Part shown: positions 39,896 through 54,800 of the stretch, in pieces
How the letters are laid out: every line of letters starts with the position of its first letter
Position numbering within the stretch: position 1 is the first letter of the stretch
Assembly: GCA_951406725.2 (NCBI GenBank)
Contig: OX597815.1
Location: 68,572,001-68,636,000 of the forward strand
Length of the DNA: 64,000 bases
Direction: 5' to 3'
Source: Octopus vulgaris
Lineage: Eukaryota
Translations under genes and position numbers: made by a program
Notes under the pieces: model-generated
What the model was told of the DNA's origin: nothing
The model's input: only the letters and a program-made list of their open reading frames with translations
Databases searched by the model: none

Positions 39896-42800
39896 CTACA
39901 TATGTGGGTGTGTTTGTGGAGTTGTTAGCTAACTCCTCCTACATCGTTTTATCGATTTTGAGGAAACTTGACACGTGAGTAGAACTCATGACTTACTCAG
40001 ATTGTTGAAAAAAATCGATAATAGGGCCCCTGGAAGAGATCCTTATATATATGTAATATATTTTATTTTAAAAACCAAGGGAAATAACCCATTTGCCCCT
40101 GGAAGGGTTCCTTATATATAGCCAAGGGATATAACCCATCCATTTTCCTAAGTTATTTGGTAAAAATTAAATTGAGTATGCTTATTTCTTAGTATTTGAA
40201 CTGTTAGAGTTATTTTCACAATTTATCCAGTACAACCCTTTAACAAGTAAATAGTATTTTCCTAAAACAATAGATCCACTTATTTTGGTTAGTGATATAT
40301 TCACGAATATACCAGCACTAGCATCCCTGAGAGTAATATTCTCTGGGAACATGCAAAAGCCTTTTTCAGTTATTTACTTTGAATTGTTATTATCTCATAT
40401 GTGATTAGCCTGTTATTACATAATATACTTCACAATTTTAGCATACATACCTTATCAGCATTTCCTCCTATGCTCTATATACTCTGGAAACGCATTAAAG
40501 CCCTTTTTGGGGCTACTTTATTCGAATTCTTTTTATTGGGTAACTAATTTCATGTTATTACATAACTGACTTTTCTTTAAAATTTTTATTTTTTAGGAAC
40601 ACGCAGTTACCATGCCAACAACATGGGTGATGGCCTGTGCTTATGGTCCTTCAGGAACTGTGGTGGCTTGCGGGTAAGTGAATTTTTCAAAGGTTCTCTC
40701 AGAAAACCATGAAAGAATGAAAGCTGGATCCAGAAGCACAATTTTGGAAGATGCAAACATTAGTTTAATGTAATATTGGCTTCAATTTTGGCACAAGGCC
40801 AGCAATTTCGAGGGAGGGGTAAGTTGGTTACATTGACCACCGTGATTAACTGGTATTTATTTTATTGACCTCAAAAGGATGAAAGGCAAAGTTGATATTG
40901 GTGGAATTTGAACTCAGAATGTATGAACAGACGAAATGCTGCCAAGCATTTTACCCAGCAAGCTACCCATTCTGCCAGCTCACCACCTTTAGTTTAGTGT
41001 AATATTAGATTATCATTTCAAATGTTCTAAACAACTCGTCATGGTTGGTTATGTTTAGATGATAAAGCACTTACACTTAAACTCTGACCCACTGTGACCC
41101 TTAAGTTCGTTCATTGGTTTACTTTTATCCATTTCCTATACTATCATACGTTGGACAAGTATTATTGAAGCATTTTTTTTTTTCAGCCAAATGCTCTTCT
41201 GTTTGCTAATCCTTTTCTGTTTTTCAAGTAAAGGAATTTTTCTTCCACTTTTACAGTACAAAGCTATCAGAAACAATTTGTTAATAGGGACTATCACCAT
41301 AGGCACAGGCATGGCTGTGTGGTAAGAAGTTTGCTTACCAACCACATGGCTCTGGGTTCAGTCTCACTATGTAGCACTTTAGGCAAGTGTCTTCTACTAT
41401 AGCTTCAGGCCAACCAAAGCTTTGTGAATGGATTTGATAGACAGAAACTGAAAGAAGCCTATTGTGTACTTGTGTGTGTGTGTGTTTGTCTCCCACCATT
41501 GCTTGACAACTGGTGTTCGTGTGATTATGTTCCTGTAACCTAGTGGTTCAGCAAAAGAGACTGGTAAAATAAATACCAGTCTTGAAAAAAAATAAGTTCT
41601 GGGGTTGATTCATTCAACTAAAATTCTTCAAGGTGATGCCCCAGGATGGCAACAGTTTAATGCTTAATTTCATTTCAGACTTTGCTATTCTTCAACAGTA
41701 ATATTACCAATAAGTGGCAAATATACTTCACATTGTTGTGCAGCTACTGTTTATACCTTGTTCAGAGATTTAATATTACCATCATCATCATTTAAGAACC
41801 ATTTTGCATGCTTGCATGGGTTTTATGGTTTGACAGGAGCTTGCAAGCCAGACGATTGTGCTAAGCTCTACTGTCAGTTTTAGCATAGTTTCTATGGCTG
41901 GATGCTCTTCCTAATGCCAACCACTTGATAGTGTTCTGGATGCTTTTTATGTAGTACCAGCACTGGTGAGGTCACCAAGTAGATTGTAAAACAAAGACCC
42001 ATCAGCTGAAAGGCAGAGTGGCTTTTAAGGGAGGTGGCTTTGTACCAGGTGATGAAAGGTTAAACTAAAATAGAGAGTGGGAAACAGGTGTCTTGCTGAA
42101 GAGGAGATACATGGTTACCCTTGACAGGGAAAGAGGTGGATAGAAAGATGGTGGTGACATACCAGAGTGTATGTAACCTCAAGGTACAAGGAGGTGAATG
42201 TAAATGGAGTGTTACAGAGAGAATTGGACAGGATGAGTAAACAGAGGGTTCACAAGAGTGCAAAAGGAAAGTGGAGAGAGGGGAAGAGAAGAAGAATGCA
42301 GTGAATGGTGAACATATGTTTATTGGGGAGAAGCAGAATAGCAAGCATACAGCTGACAGCAGGGGGACAGGATATCTTCTGAAAGACCTGATATTGCCAA
42401 ACATCTCAAGGAGGAGATGACAATGCTATGCACCTGCTGTTACTTGTTACATTTGCTGGTATTTTAAAAAAGTTGCTGAGCCACAAAAGACTGTGAATGC
42501 AATTGAAACAGCATTAAGTTAAAATTGCCATCTGTGTAATTTCCTTGAAAAACAAGTTTTAGTGTATGCATGTGTGTGTGTGTGTATGTTTCTATCCGAA
42601 TGTGGCCATTGCCAGCGCCGCCCCAACTGGCTTCCGTGCCGGTGGCACGTAAAAAGCACCATCCGATCATGGCCGTTTGCCAGCCTCGTCTGGCACCTGT
42701 GCTGGTGGCACGTAAAAAGCACCCACTACACTCATGGAGTGGTTGACGTTAGGAAGGGCATCCAGCCGTAGAAACATTGCCAAATCAGACTGGGCCTGGT

Positions 42801-45800
42801 GCAGCCTTCTGGCTTCCCAGACCCCAGTTGCACCGTCCAACCCATGCCAGCATGGAAAGCGGACGCTAAACGATGATGATGATGATATATGTGAAAGGTT
42901 GAGTTCAATTTCATCCTTTTACTTTGGTGGGGTCCAAAGTTAAATTTCTAATAAACATTCTTCATATTAAATTTGTAGCTTAACTATTGTAAGTTAAATA
43001 TAAAAATTTTAAAAGTATCAGGTGTGTTATGAGCATGAATTAATTTAATTTTTTTCCATGTTTCTTACATGTTACCATTCGAAACGATTGTATGCATGGA
43101 TTAAAATTTTATAAAACTTTTAACATCTTTTCTCCATCTTTAATTGTTTGTTGAGCTTATATAGGATACATATTCTATAAATACTCATAACACACCTGAT
43201 ACTATATATATATATATATTAATTGTATGCAGAATTCATCTGAATCAAGGTATTTTAAAAACAAGGACACCAATTTATGGTTGGGATTACATACACATGC
43301 ATATGAGCAAATTAATATACACATCCATGTAAATATACATGTATATGAAATTCTACACACAGACATGCCGGCCAGTATGCAGCATCGCAGTCCACTGTGG
43401 GTTCCAAATCCAATGTAGGGAAGGCTCCAGATGTGGTGTTTACATAAGGAAAGAACAGGAATAGGTTAATGTTCACATCAACCCATTTGTGTGCTTTCTT
43501 TTTATACATATATGTGTATATATACATACATAAACATACTTTATTTGTGTATTAAGGCTACCATTGGTTTCATATTAAGAAATATCTTAACAGTTTTTTT
43601 TAAACCAATTGCAAAGGAAAATTGGTGTTTGTCTCTATTTTGGATTAGAACATGGAAAGTTACACTGAGATCATGCAAGGATTTTCAATAAACAAAAACA
43701 AGAATTGAAGGGGAATGAACACCAATTTCCTTTGTGATTGGCTTGAAAAATTAAGATATTTCTTAACATGAAACCAATGGTACATTTAGGACACAAAAAA
43801 GTATCTTTATCCACCAATGCAGTGTTGAGCACTCATTCTCATTGTTCAGTATTTATGTGTGTATATACATATATGTTTAGAATGTATCTCTCTTGCTTTT
43901 ATATACGCTGTCTGTATCTAATATTTCCATTGACTTGAAATAATTTTTTGTCAAAATTCTTTATATATTTCTATTATCATTGATCATTATTTTTCACCAT
44001 CTTGTTACACCAAATAAAATAATAGATATTTTCCATGAGTTGTTTCAATGAGGGTCAACCTATATGGTCGTTATATATTCTAGGATGTCTTTAAATTTAT
44101 TTATTTCTACAGTATCTATGGCCAACTGGATAACATATCAGCTTTTTCATTTAAACTATGGTGAGTTTGTATCTCTACACCAGCACTAACACACTGTGTT
44201 TTTTTTTTTTGAGTAGAAACCTTCAAGACCATCCTTGCTACTTCCTCCCTGTAATCACTTTTACCTACCAATCCAAGGAAAGCTTAATCAATCACACTGT
44301 TATATTTCATTTGTATTTGGTATGCAAGATTTTTAATGTGATTTTGGTGTATCTCAGGAGGGTCATTATACCAATAATACACATGCACTGGTCCTATTTC
44401 ATTTCTTTTTATTATCATTACTAACAGAAGGACCGCCCTCTAGGTGGTTTTCTGTTAGCCACTCAATAATGTTTCCACATTTGACTCCCAATTCTATCAT
44501 TTTTATATCTTATATCTAATTATTTCATTGTATAATAGTGCTCGCTTGCTTAGTAAATATTGCTTTCATTATTTTATCACAGTCATAATCTCTTTTTTAA
44601 AGAATCAGTCTGTTATATATATATTTTATCATTAATAATTGGTAGAACTTACACAGATATGAATAGATAGATAGATAGACAGACAGATGGATGGACGGAC
44701 ATACACGCACACAAATCTGGTGCTGTGAGAACACATGGGAATGGCATTTCCTTACTTTTTCAAATATACCCAAATTTAAAATGATCTAATATAACAATAT
44801 CATTCATTCAGCATCTGTTTAAATATGCCAAAATAATTTATTCCACACATATATATATTACTTTACATACAATTTATATGTTAATTCTATTTACTGAAAC
44901 TTGCTAAAAAGCATATTTTGATTTAAAGTAGTATCTCCTTCTTGACACAATTGTCAGTAATCATGCTGTTTCCATTTCTCTCAGACAATATTTTTACATT
45001 AGTCTGCTTTCAAACTCTAGATAATGCAACATACAGCTGACCATGTGAGAAGAATTGTGTCGGAAGATATATTCCAATTTATTCAAAAGTCTGTCCCTGT
45101 ACCTTGTTGCACGTCAAGGCTAAAGCTGGCTTGACAAGAAATAGTTGGCATGTAAATGTGAATGGAAATTCCATTTCTTGAGATACATGTGGTATTCTTG
45201 GGATTAGCAGAGTTGATCCTGCATAAGGACCAGAAGCAACCTCAGCATCAGTAGCATGATCACGAAAACTGATAATGATATAGCGTGTGCCTTTGCAATG
45301 TCCATTAGTAGCATCTAAATTTCTCAAAAGCATTATGCAGCATTTTTTCTTCAGTTTGAAAATGTTTGGTGGAGACCCTGATGGTGTAAGTTTGTTGATG
45401 AACTCAATTGGATACAGAGTTTCATAATCAACTATATCTGAGCTTCTGTATATTTTTAGCTCACCAGAGATCCTAGTCAACTGAAAATCATTCACAAATT
45501 GTGCTACTTCATTTGTTGGAGTAACAGTGGTTCTATTTGCAAGCCACACAGGGTTTGTGAAGTTATTTTTGAGGTCAGCATATACAAAATCACATAAATC
45601 TTAAAGAGTATCACTTTCAAGGGAAAGGTCATTGGGTAGTTTGATTTTGAATTCACCTAGGCTTTGTTCAACAGAAATTTTACCATTTCCTACATCAAGA
45701 ACGTAATTAGCAAACTCTCTTTCATCAGAATGACCTTCTGTAAGCAGTCTTAGACTGATTGTCAACTCTACTGCTTCCACATGAACGCAAAGGAAAGATC

Positions 45801-48800
45801 TCTTTAGTGTTGCATCAACAATTTGGGATCTAATACCATTATTTTGAAGTAGAATATTCTCCTCTCAAGATACCCTAACCAGTCGGTCATGTGTATTGGA
45901 AAAAGAATCATGTCTACATCTCCGTACATATTCAGACATCTGTTTCAGTCGCTTTGCCCTGGTTTCATCTGATACAGTTGCCCATCTTTCTCTCTGCTAT
46001 TGTGCCTTAGCTGCTAAATTTTCATTTTCAGTCACATATTAAATGTAAATGAAATCTCGTTAGAAACTATCTTTAGCATGCTAGAAATAGCAGCAATCAC
46101 ATAGTTATTATTGTAAGGCTTATAGTGTTCCAAATAGCCATACCAACAAAATCACTTCATTTAAAAAAAAAAATTATACTGGTATATTAAAAAAATTTTT
46201 ATTTTATCAAAAATATTCATTTAACAAACTCCGGGAACTGATAATATTCTTGAAATTGTGTCTCGTATCAAAGTTATATAGCTATTATTAAATTATCATT
46301 AATGAAAATAGAGGCGAGCAAGAATGAGAAACTCTTGCAAATAGAAATGTAAAATGTTGCCTGCAATGAATTAATATTGTTTATTATTTAAAATCTACTC
46401 CACAGTGAATGCAACGAATATTTAAATTTGCGAGTATTTGGAGTTAAAAAATCCAGAAGTGAAATTATAGGCAATTTTTTAGAACATGAATTTATAAAAA
46501 TATTTCCAGACGGTCAAGCTTTTAGTACTTTTAGTAATTGTTGCATACCTAATTAATAAGCAGCTTTCTCCATTATAGTATAAATAATTTGCCTTTCATC
46601 CTTTTGGAGTCGATAAATTAAGTACCAGTGTAACACTGGGGTTGATGTAATCAACTAGTCCTCTTCCCCAAAATTTTAGGCCTGTGCCTTTAATAGAAAG
46701 GATTATTATTATTATTATTATTATTCAATTGGTTAACATTTAACCAATTAACTAATCAATTGCTTGATTAATCTTTTGGTTAGTTAATAAATCAGACCTG
46801 GAATAGATACCATGTCATTGATGAGGTTACAAATGGTAATGAAAGGGTTTTGACAAACTTAACCTATTGATTGAATCACTGAACAATTAATCAACCAATT
46901 GATTAGCTAATTGGTTAACCAATTCACTAATAATACTAAAAGAAGCGAAATAAAACCAGTGTGTGTGTTTATTATTGGTATAATAACCTTCCCAAAATGC
47001 AACACATTGTTTCATTTATCAAGAAATTCCTATCCATAATTTTCACATTTTACTACCTCTCCATTACTTTTCTAGCAGTTATCAATGTTACTGTTACACA
47101 AATCATTAGACATAATACTTTCCTGCACAGTCCAACTGAGGTGAATAAACAGTACGGACTCTTTAGTATTTGAGGTGCACCATCTGCAGCTTGCATCTTA
47201 TGTGCTAAATTTGATAGCCCAGATGCTTTCTGTTTTCAAGTGTCCTTTTATCTGAGGCTTCAACAACACTTTGTTTTTACATCTTCAACTGTATTATCAA
47301 TCTTATTCAATCTGCCATTTAAAGATCCTTTTGTTAGCTACACAACATATTTGTACCTGAAAATATTTGAGAATACATAGAAGTTTAAAACTCCGTGCAT
47401 TTGTATGTGTGATAGTTTTGTTAGTTATGTGTAACTAAGTTTCAACTCTTTAGCATTTAAAGTGGCCATATCCAACCTCAAAATTCTACCTGTTGTAATG
47501 TTCAAACCATGCAGATCCTGCCTCTTACACCTACAATGTCATTTTATGAATAAACAATCCCATCATCAAAATTTCAAGGCTCTAAGATAATGCATGATCA
47601 ATTCAAACCAATGTGAATAAATAAGCATTACATTTGACAGAGTATTCTGAAATGTTAAATGGTTAAACACTTTTCAATATTTCCTTTGTTAATTCCTGCT
47701 AAAATTTAAACCTGTCTCTCTTTCTCTCAAACTTTCTGTCTATCTTTTTATACAGAGGTCTGGACAATAAATGTACCATTTACCCACTAAGTTTGGATGA
47801 AGATCCTGCCAGTAAAAAGAAAGCCGTTGCTACACATACCAGTTATTTGTCCTGCTGTACATTTACCACATCTGATCAACAGGTAAACTGAACAGCTGTT
47901 TTTTAATATTTTAAGTTTTCGAAGTTAAATGAAACAAAGGCAGTGTATGTCCACAGAAATATGCTAACAAATGGATAAAGTGATCTAAATTAAAAACTTC
48001 CATCAAAGGTTTATGTCAATTTATACTCCAAATAGTAACTTGATAATGTCATAATGTTAAAATTATTTTACTAAATTCTTCATTATTTTAAGAATTAATT
48101 AAAACAAAGACAGTGTTTTTCAGCACAAATATGTAAAAAAAGAGTTAAAACAGGGCCAGTCTCAGGTGATTTGGTAAATCATTATTCATATGTGATGAAT
48201 CATTATTCATATAATTCATTATTTATATATAAATCCTTATTCATATAATTTATTATTTATTTATGATAAAATCAAAATTTAAAATTTAAAAAAAATATCT
48301 TATAAAATATTTCAAGAAACATTTGACATTTTATTTTTTTAGATTCTAACAGGAAGTGGAGACAGTACATGTGCACTGTGGGATGTCGAAAGTGGCCAAT
48401 TGATTCAAAGTTTTCATGGACATGCAGGAGATGTTATGAGTATTAATCTTTCACCTTCAGAAAATGGTAACCAGTTTGTATCCGGAGTAAGTACTTGATT
48501 TTTCAAATATTGTTTTGACAAGGGAAAACCAGAATTTACATTTCTGTCAATACAATTAATATTCCTACACTATTATAATTTAAATTGTCATCATCATTTT
48601 AACATCTACTTCCCCATGTTTGGATGGGTCACATGGAATTTGTTGAGACAGATTTTCTACTGTCAGATGCCTTTCTTGTCACCAACATTCACCTGTTTCC
48701 AAACAAAGTAATATTTCCCCCATCGCTAGACACGTTTTTCACTGAAGAGTGGGAAATGAATATGATGGTGCTGTTCATTTACAACAATCACATAATGTTA

Positions 48801-51800
48801 TGGCAAGGGTACGCACCAACATGCACACATGCATGTACATATATCACCATGATCAATTAACGTCCATCTTCCATGTTGGCATGGGTTGGACGGTTTGACT
48901 GGAGCTGACAAGCAGGAGAGCTGCACCAGTTCATTTGTTTTGACATAATTTCTATGGCTGATGTCCTTCCTAATGCCAACCGCTTTACAGAGTGTACTGG
49001 GTGCTTTTTATATGGCACCAGTACTGTTACTTTCCATGTAGCACCAACACCAGCAGGGCCACCAAGTAACTTGTGAGATGAAGACCTCTCAGCTGGGGGA
49101 AGGAGTGGAACCGAGGGAAGTGGCTTTGTGCCAGGAGAGAGGTTAGAGTATTATTATAGGTGGGGGTAGAGATGGGTGTCTAACTATAGAGGAGATTCTT
49201 GGCTATAACAGTTGGAAAAGACGGGTGAGGAAAGAGAAAGTTAAAGGAAAAGATATAGAGATAGGTGGTGTTGGAGATGCATCAGGACCTACCAGCAGGG
49301 AACTGAGGGGGACAAGTATAAGTGGTACAGAAGGGGTAGAGGGACATGTTCCACAAGTGTGTGAGGGGTGATGGGAGATGTTTAGCAAAGAAGTGAAAAC
49401 TGTAGCAAGTGATGGTGAGAAATTGGAATGGCTAGGAGGGGAGTATGATAGATATGTGAGAGCATAGGCAAGTGAGGGAGAGTGGAGGGGCTTATAGCAG
49501 GTGGTAATCATGGGTGGTGGGATGGTAGGAGTGTTGGGAAAATGGGTTGCAAGGGAATTCCAACAGAGGACAGGTTACATGCGAAGCAGGGAGAATGGCT
49601 GTAAAGGACATGCCTGTATGTATAGATGGCCATTATTTTACTTAGCTTGATGTATCTTCTCAAGCACTGCAAATCACCAGATGTCTCAGCCCCTTATCAT
49701 CTCCAAAGATCATTTCTCACCGCTTCGTCCCACATCTTCCTGGGTCTACCCATTCCACAAGTTCCCTCCACAATTAGAGATTGGCACTTCTTTATTCAGC
49801 TCCCCCATCTATATGCTTCACATGACCCTAGCAGTGCAGTCTTCTGCCATGCACACTACTCCTGGTGCCTCTTATAGCCTATTTTTCTGTTAAAACATTT
49901 ACATTCTGTCATTTGTACACTGACACTGCACATCCAGCAGAGCATGCTGGCTTCATTTCTTTTAAGCCTTTACATATCTTCTGCAGTCACAACCCATGTT
50001 TCACTGCCATGTAGCATAGCTGTCCATACACAGGTATCAAACAATTTGCCTTTCTTTCTGAAAGAGAGGCTCTTTGTTACCAACAAAAGTAGAAGCTCTT
50101 TGAACTTTGTGTAGTTCATTCTTATTCTAACAACTATACCTTGGTCACCTAGGTAACAGAAGCTATCTACTACTTCTAAGTATTCCCCTAGGCATTTGAC
50201 AAAGTCTGTTTTCTATACATTCCTAATGTTTATTGTGCCTGCACATCTGTCACACACAAAAACTACTTTCTGTTTTAACCATCCTGTGATACTGCTACTC
50301 AGTTTACCTGTCCATAGTTAACTCTGAATACACTGCATGGAATTTCTACCTACACCTTTTCTACATATCAAGCACAGCCATCTTCCTGAAGGGATTAGTA
50401 ATTTGCCTGCTTTTCTACTTACCAGAACCTCTGTCGTTTGTCTTTGTTAAATTAATTCTAAGGCCCTTTGATTCCAAACATTGCTTCCACACCTAAAATT
50501 TCTTCACTAATTCTAGTGGAGATTCAGCTACAAGAACAAGGTCATCAATATAGAGGAGCTTCCAAGGACAAACAGTCTTAAATTCATTTGTTATGGCCTG
50601 GAGGCTGTGATAAACAAGCGGGAGCTAAGGACTGATCCTTGGTGAAATCCTAACTGTACACTAAATTCCTTTTTATATTCTTTGCCAACTTTCACCTTAC
50701 TAACAACATCCCTGTACATGGCTTATACATTTCTCACCAACCACTAATTTATCTTTAGCTTCTGCATTGGCCACCAGATAAGGGAGCTCCATGTCAGCAG
50801 AAGCCAACAGGCTTCCACACAGTTTCCATCTATCAAGTCCACTTGCAACGCTTTAGAGACCAGGGCTATGGTAGAAGACACTTGCCTTAGGGGCTGTGCA
50901 AAATCCACATTGTTGGGAGGCAAGCTTCTCAGTTGGAAAGTTATAAAATCTGAGCTGATAAATTTAATCAGGTGATGTATTTAACCATCAGAAGACTTGG
51001 GCATATTTACCATTTATGACCAAGTGCAGGTATGGATGTGTACTTAGGAAGTTTGCATCCCAATGTTTTTATTTACATCATTTATTTACAATCTCCCATA
51101 GAAAGCATGTTTGGCTGAGGTAAAACATTACCTTGCTTTGTAACAATGAAGGGTTAATGACTAAAAGGACATCCAACCATAGAAAATCTACTTTAACATA
51201 TTCTGGCCAAACATTACATGCATGGAAAGCTGTGCATTAAAATAGAGATGATGGAACACTCCTCAATAAACGCATTTATGTTGAATAGTGGGTATATATA
51301 TATATATCATCATTGTCATCATCATTATGGTTGCTGTTTCAGAAACTAAAATTTATAAACATGGTGATCCTCCAACATACCTTGGTGACTAACAATACGT
51401 GTTGACTTTGATCTTCAACCTATCCAATGCATACTAGCATAGAAAGTGAACATAAAACAATAATGTTAAAGATGATGATGATGGTTGGTAATGATAATGA
51501 AGATGATCATGGTAACGATGGTGGTGGTGATGATGATGGTAATGATGATAGCAATGATATTGATGTACATTTTCTCTCTTTATTTGATGACAGGGTTGTG
51601 ATAAAGTTGCAATGGTATGGGACATGAGAACTGGTGAATGTACTCAAGTATTTGAAGGCCATGAAAACGACATCAATTCAGTCAGATTCTTTCCCAGTGG
51701 TGATGCATTTGCTACTGGTTCTGATGATGCAACGGTTAGTCTTTTTGTTTCTTTTCTTCACTTTTTTATTTCTTGTCTTCTATCACTCTATTCATCTTAC

Positions 51801-54800
51801 TTAATTGCTGTCATCACTATTGATAATTTTGTCATCATAGGTGAAGAGGAATGGAGAGTCCTGTGCCGGTGACGCATGAAAACCACTTGTGTTGGTGCCA
51901 CATAAAAGTACTCGTGTTTGTGCCATGTTAAAAGCACCCAGATACACTGTAAAGTGGTTGGTGTTAGGAAGAACATCAGCTGTAGAAACCAATCTAAATC
52001 AGACTGGAACCTGATGTAGCTCTCTGGCTTGCCCGCTCTGGTCAAATCATCCAGCCCATGTCAGTATGGAAAACAGTTGTTAAACAATGATGATGATGAT
52101 ATCTACATCATGTAATTTTCCCTGAGACTTCTTCTTAAGATAGTTCCTTTCACCTGGGAACAATTTTCCTTTATCTATTAATTGTGATTACTTTTGAGGA
52201 CATACTCAAACTACTGTATTTGATGACATTTAAGACACATTCTTTTTTTAAAAATGTCTCAAAAAAATTATCCCATGTCCTATATGCAAAGTTGGGTCTC
52301 CTATTAGTTTTAATGCAATAAGTCCCTTTTTCCCCTGAATATGTGCTGCAGAAAATTAGGGTGTGTCAAATTACCCATACATCATTTATACTATTTATCT
52401 TGTGTCCTCAAGTGAACTCTAATTAAAGACACTCAAGACAGATATGATTAAGGTTAGTAAAACTATATACACTACTAGTTTACTCAGATTCCAGCTTTTA
52501 CCTTATCTATATCAGCTTGTGACAATTATACTGTGATGCTGTTCCATTGACCCATATACACCTAATATATCATTTACATTTACTCCAGAACAGCCCTGAG
52601 CTGATCAGTGCCTTGTGAGTGAATTTGTTTGTTGGAAACTGAAAAAAAGCTTTCCTTTTTTCTGCATGTATGTGTGTATGCATACTTACACATGTGAATG
52701 TTGACATTTCATAGGTTCTTTTATCAGCATTTGTGCAAAATGGTGATATAATGTTTACATTCCTTGATACATTATGGCCAGTTTGCTCTGTTCTTTCATT
52801 GAGCAGTAGAATTATTTAAAAAATTCCTTACTTGAAAAGCAGCTGAGGATTGGTGACAGGAACAGCATGCAGCTGCTTCAAATAAGTCCCCATTCAGTGT
52901 ATGCTAACATGAAAATACCTGCCCAAGACCATCTTTGGTCCTTGAAAACTTCCTTCAAAGTTTCTAAGCAAAATCATTACTACATCAAAAAAAATGCACG
53001 ACATTTCTTCTGACATTACATTCTGAGTTCAAATACTGCCATGGATGACTTTGCTTTTCATCCTTTTGAGATAAAATAAGTACCAGTTGAACACTGGGGA
53101 TCAATGTAATCAACTTACCTCCCCACCCCTGAAATTGCTGACCCTGTGTCAAAATTTGAGAACCAATATTTCTTGTTAATTTATGTCTCAAACACCAGCT
53201 GGAGTTGAAAGGGTGTGTCATTGATGAAGTCGTGAATGGCAAGTAATGACTCAAACACTTGAATAGTTATTTGGTTAAATGGTTAACTAATTGACTAATA
53301 ATAATAAAAAGGAAGTGAAATACAACCAGTGCGTGTGCTTATTATTAGGATAATGACCCTTCATAGGTACAACAAAGGTAGAGTATTTCAATAGAAATAT
53401 GGTTGCAAAAGGGTGAAACAAATTAATAAAGCTGGTTGATCTCTGGTGATTAAAGTTAAATATCCAGGCTATGGACATAACACCGTGTCAGTAACAAAAT
53501 AGAAACTGCTAACCACACAGTTGCGTTTCTGGTAGTTAGCCATCTCAGCAATTTGCATTTTCAGTTGTAAGAAGATTTATGTAAAACCATTTCTTTTTGC
53601 AGTGTCGACTATTTGACTTGCGAGCTGACCGAGAGGTGAACTGCTATAAAAAAGAAAGTATTATTTTTGGTTGTAACTCTGTAGGATTTTCATTAAGTGG
53701 TAAGTGTCTATTTTGGGAATTTTGAAAGTTCTGAAAGATTTTATATCTTACCTGTTTCAGTCATTGGACTGCAGTCATGTTGGGGAACTACCTTGAAAGG
53801 TTTAGTCAGGCAAATCAACCCCAGTACTTATTTTAAAGTCTGGTAGTTATTCTGTCAGTCTCTTTTGCCAAACCACTAAGTTGCAGGAGTGATATGTAAA
53901 CAAACCTATATTGGTTGTCAAGTGATCATGGGGGGGGTCAATCTCAAAGAAACATACACACGTATGTATATATGTATATATCTATCTATGTATATATCTA
54001 TATATATATATATATATATATATTATACACATACACATGCATGCGCATATATACATAAATAGATACACATATATACAATGGGCTTTTGATGTTTCCATCT
54101 TCCAAGTTCACTCACAAATAATTGGTTGACTAAGCTATAGTAGAAGACACTTGCCCAAGGTGCTCTGCAGTGGAACTGAACTTGAAATCATGTGGTTTTA
54201 AAGCACACTACTTAAACCACACAGTGATGCCTGAAATATCTATTGAATGCAAACCCTGTTTTTACTAGTTCCAGACATCACTAAATAATATTTTTACCAA
54301 ATACTTTATTATACTGAATTTGTCTATCATTGTTAATCCTACAGTAGAAGCTATGTTTCTTTAATGTCTGACAGCAGTTATGTGGTTTGAAGTAAACCAG
54401 CCAACAATCTGTATGCTGTTTCAATAAGAATAATTTCATTCTTACTGGCAGTGACAGATTTTGGCTTCACAGCTGACAAAGCAAAACAACACAGAAATGC
54501 ATGCATCCTACACAAAAATGACATCACTTGCAGTCCCCTACCCACAAATATGTTTTCATGCATATCTAGGTGGAGAATTTTCTCTCAAGGCTATTTCTGT
54601 AGTGAAAAGTCTTATCACATCCAAATACACTCGAATGTATTAAATGTGAATGTTATATTATGTTGATATGTTTATTCACAAATAATTTTTGTAATCCTGT
54701 TCTTTATCCTTTGTTTCTGTCTGTGATGTGTAGGTCGGTTACTATTTGCTGGCTATAATGACTATAACGTAAATATATGGGATGTCCTTAAGAGCAACCG

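Noticed and set aside
48177-48270. Short repeated units (aatcattattcatat) resembling a spaced array
   Set aside because: Degenerate AT-rich minisatellite in a eukaryotic intron with no unique spacers; not CRISPR.
53684-53686. Gly in SVGFSLSG where human and fly Gbeta5 have Asp
   Set aside because: This position varies across Gbeta proteins and the frame is intact; no evidence of pseudogenisation or special function.
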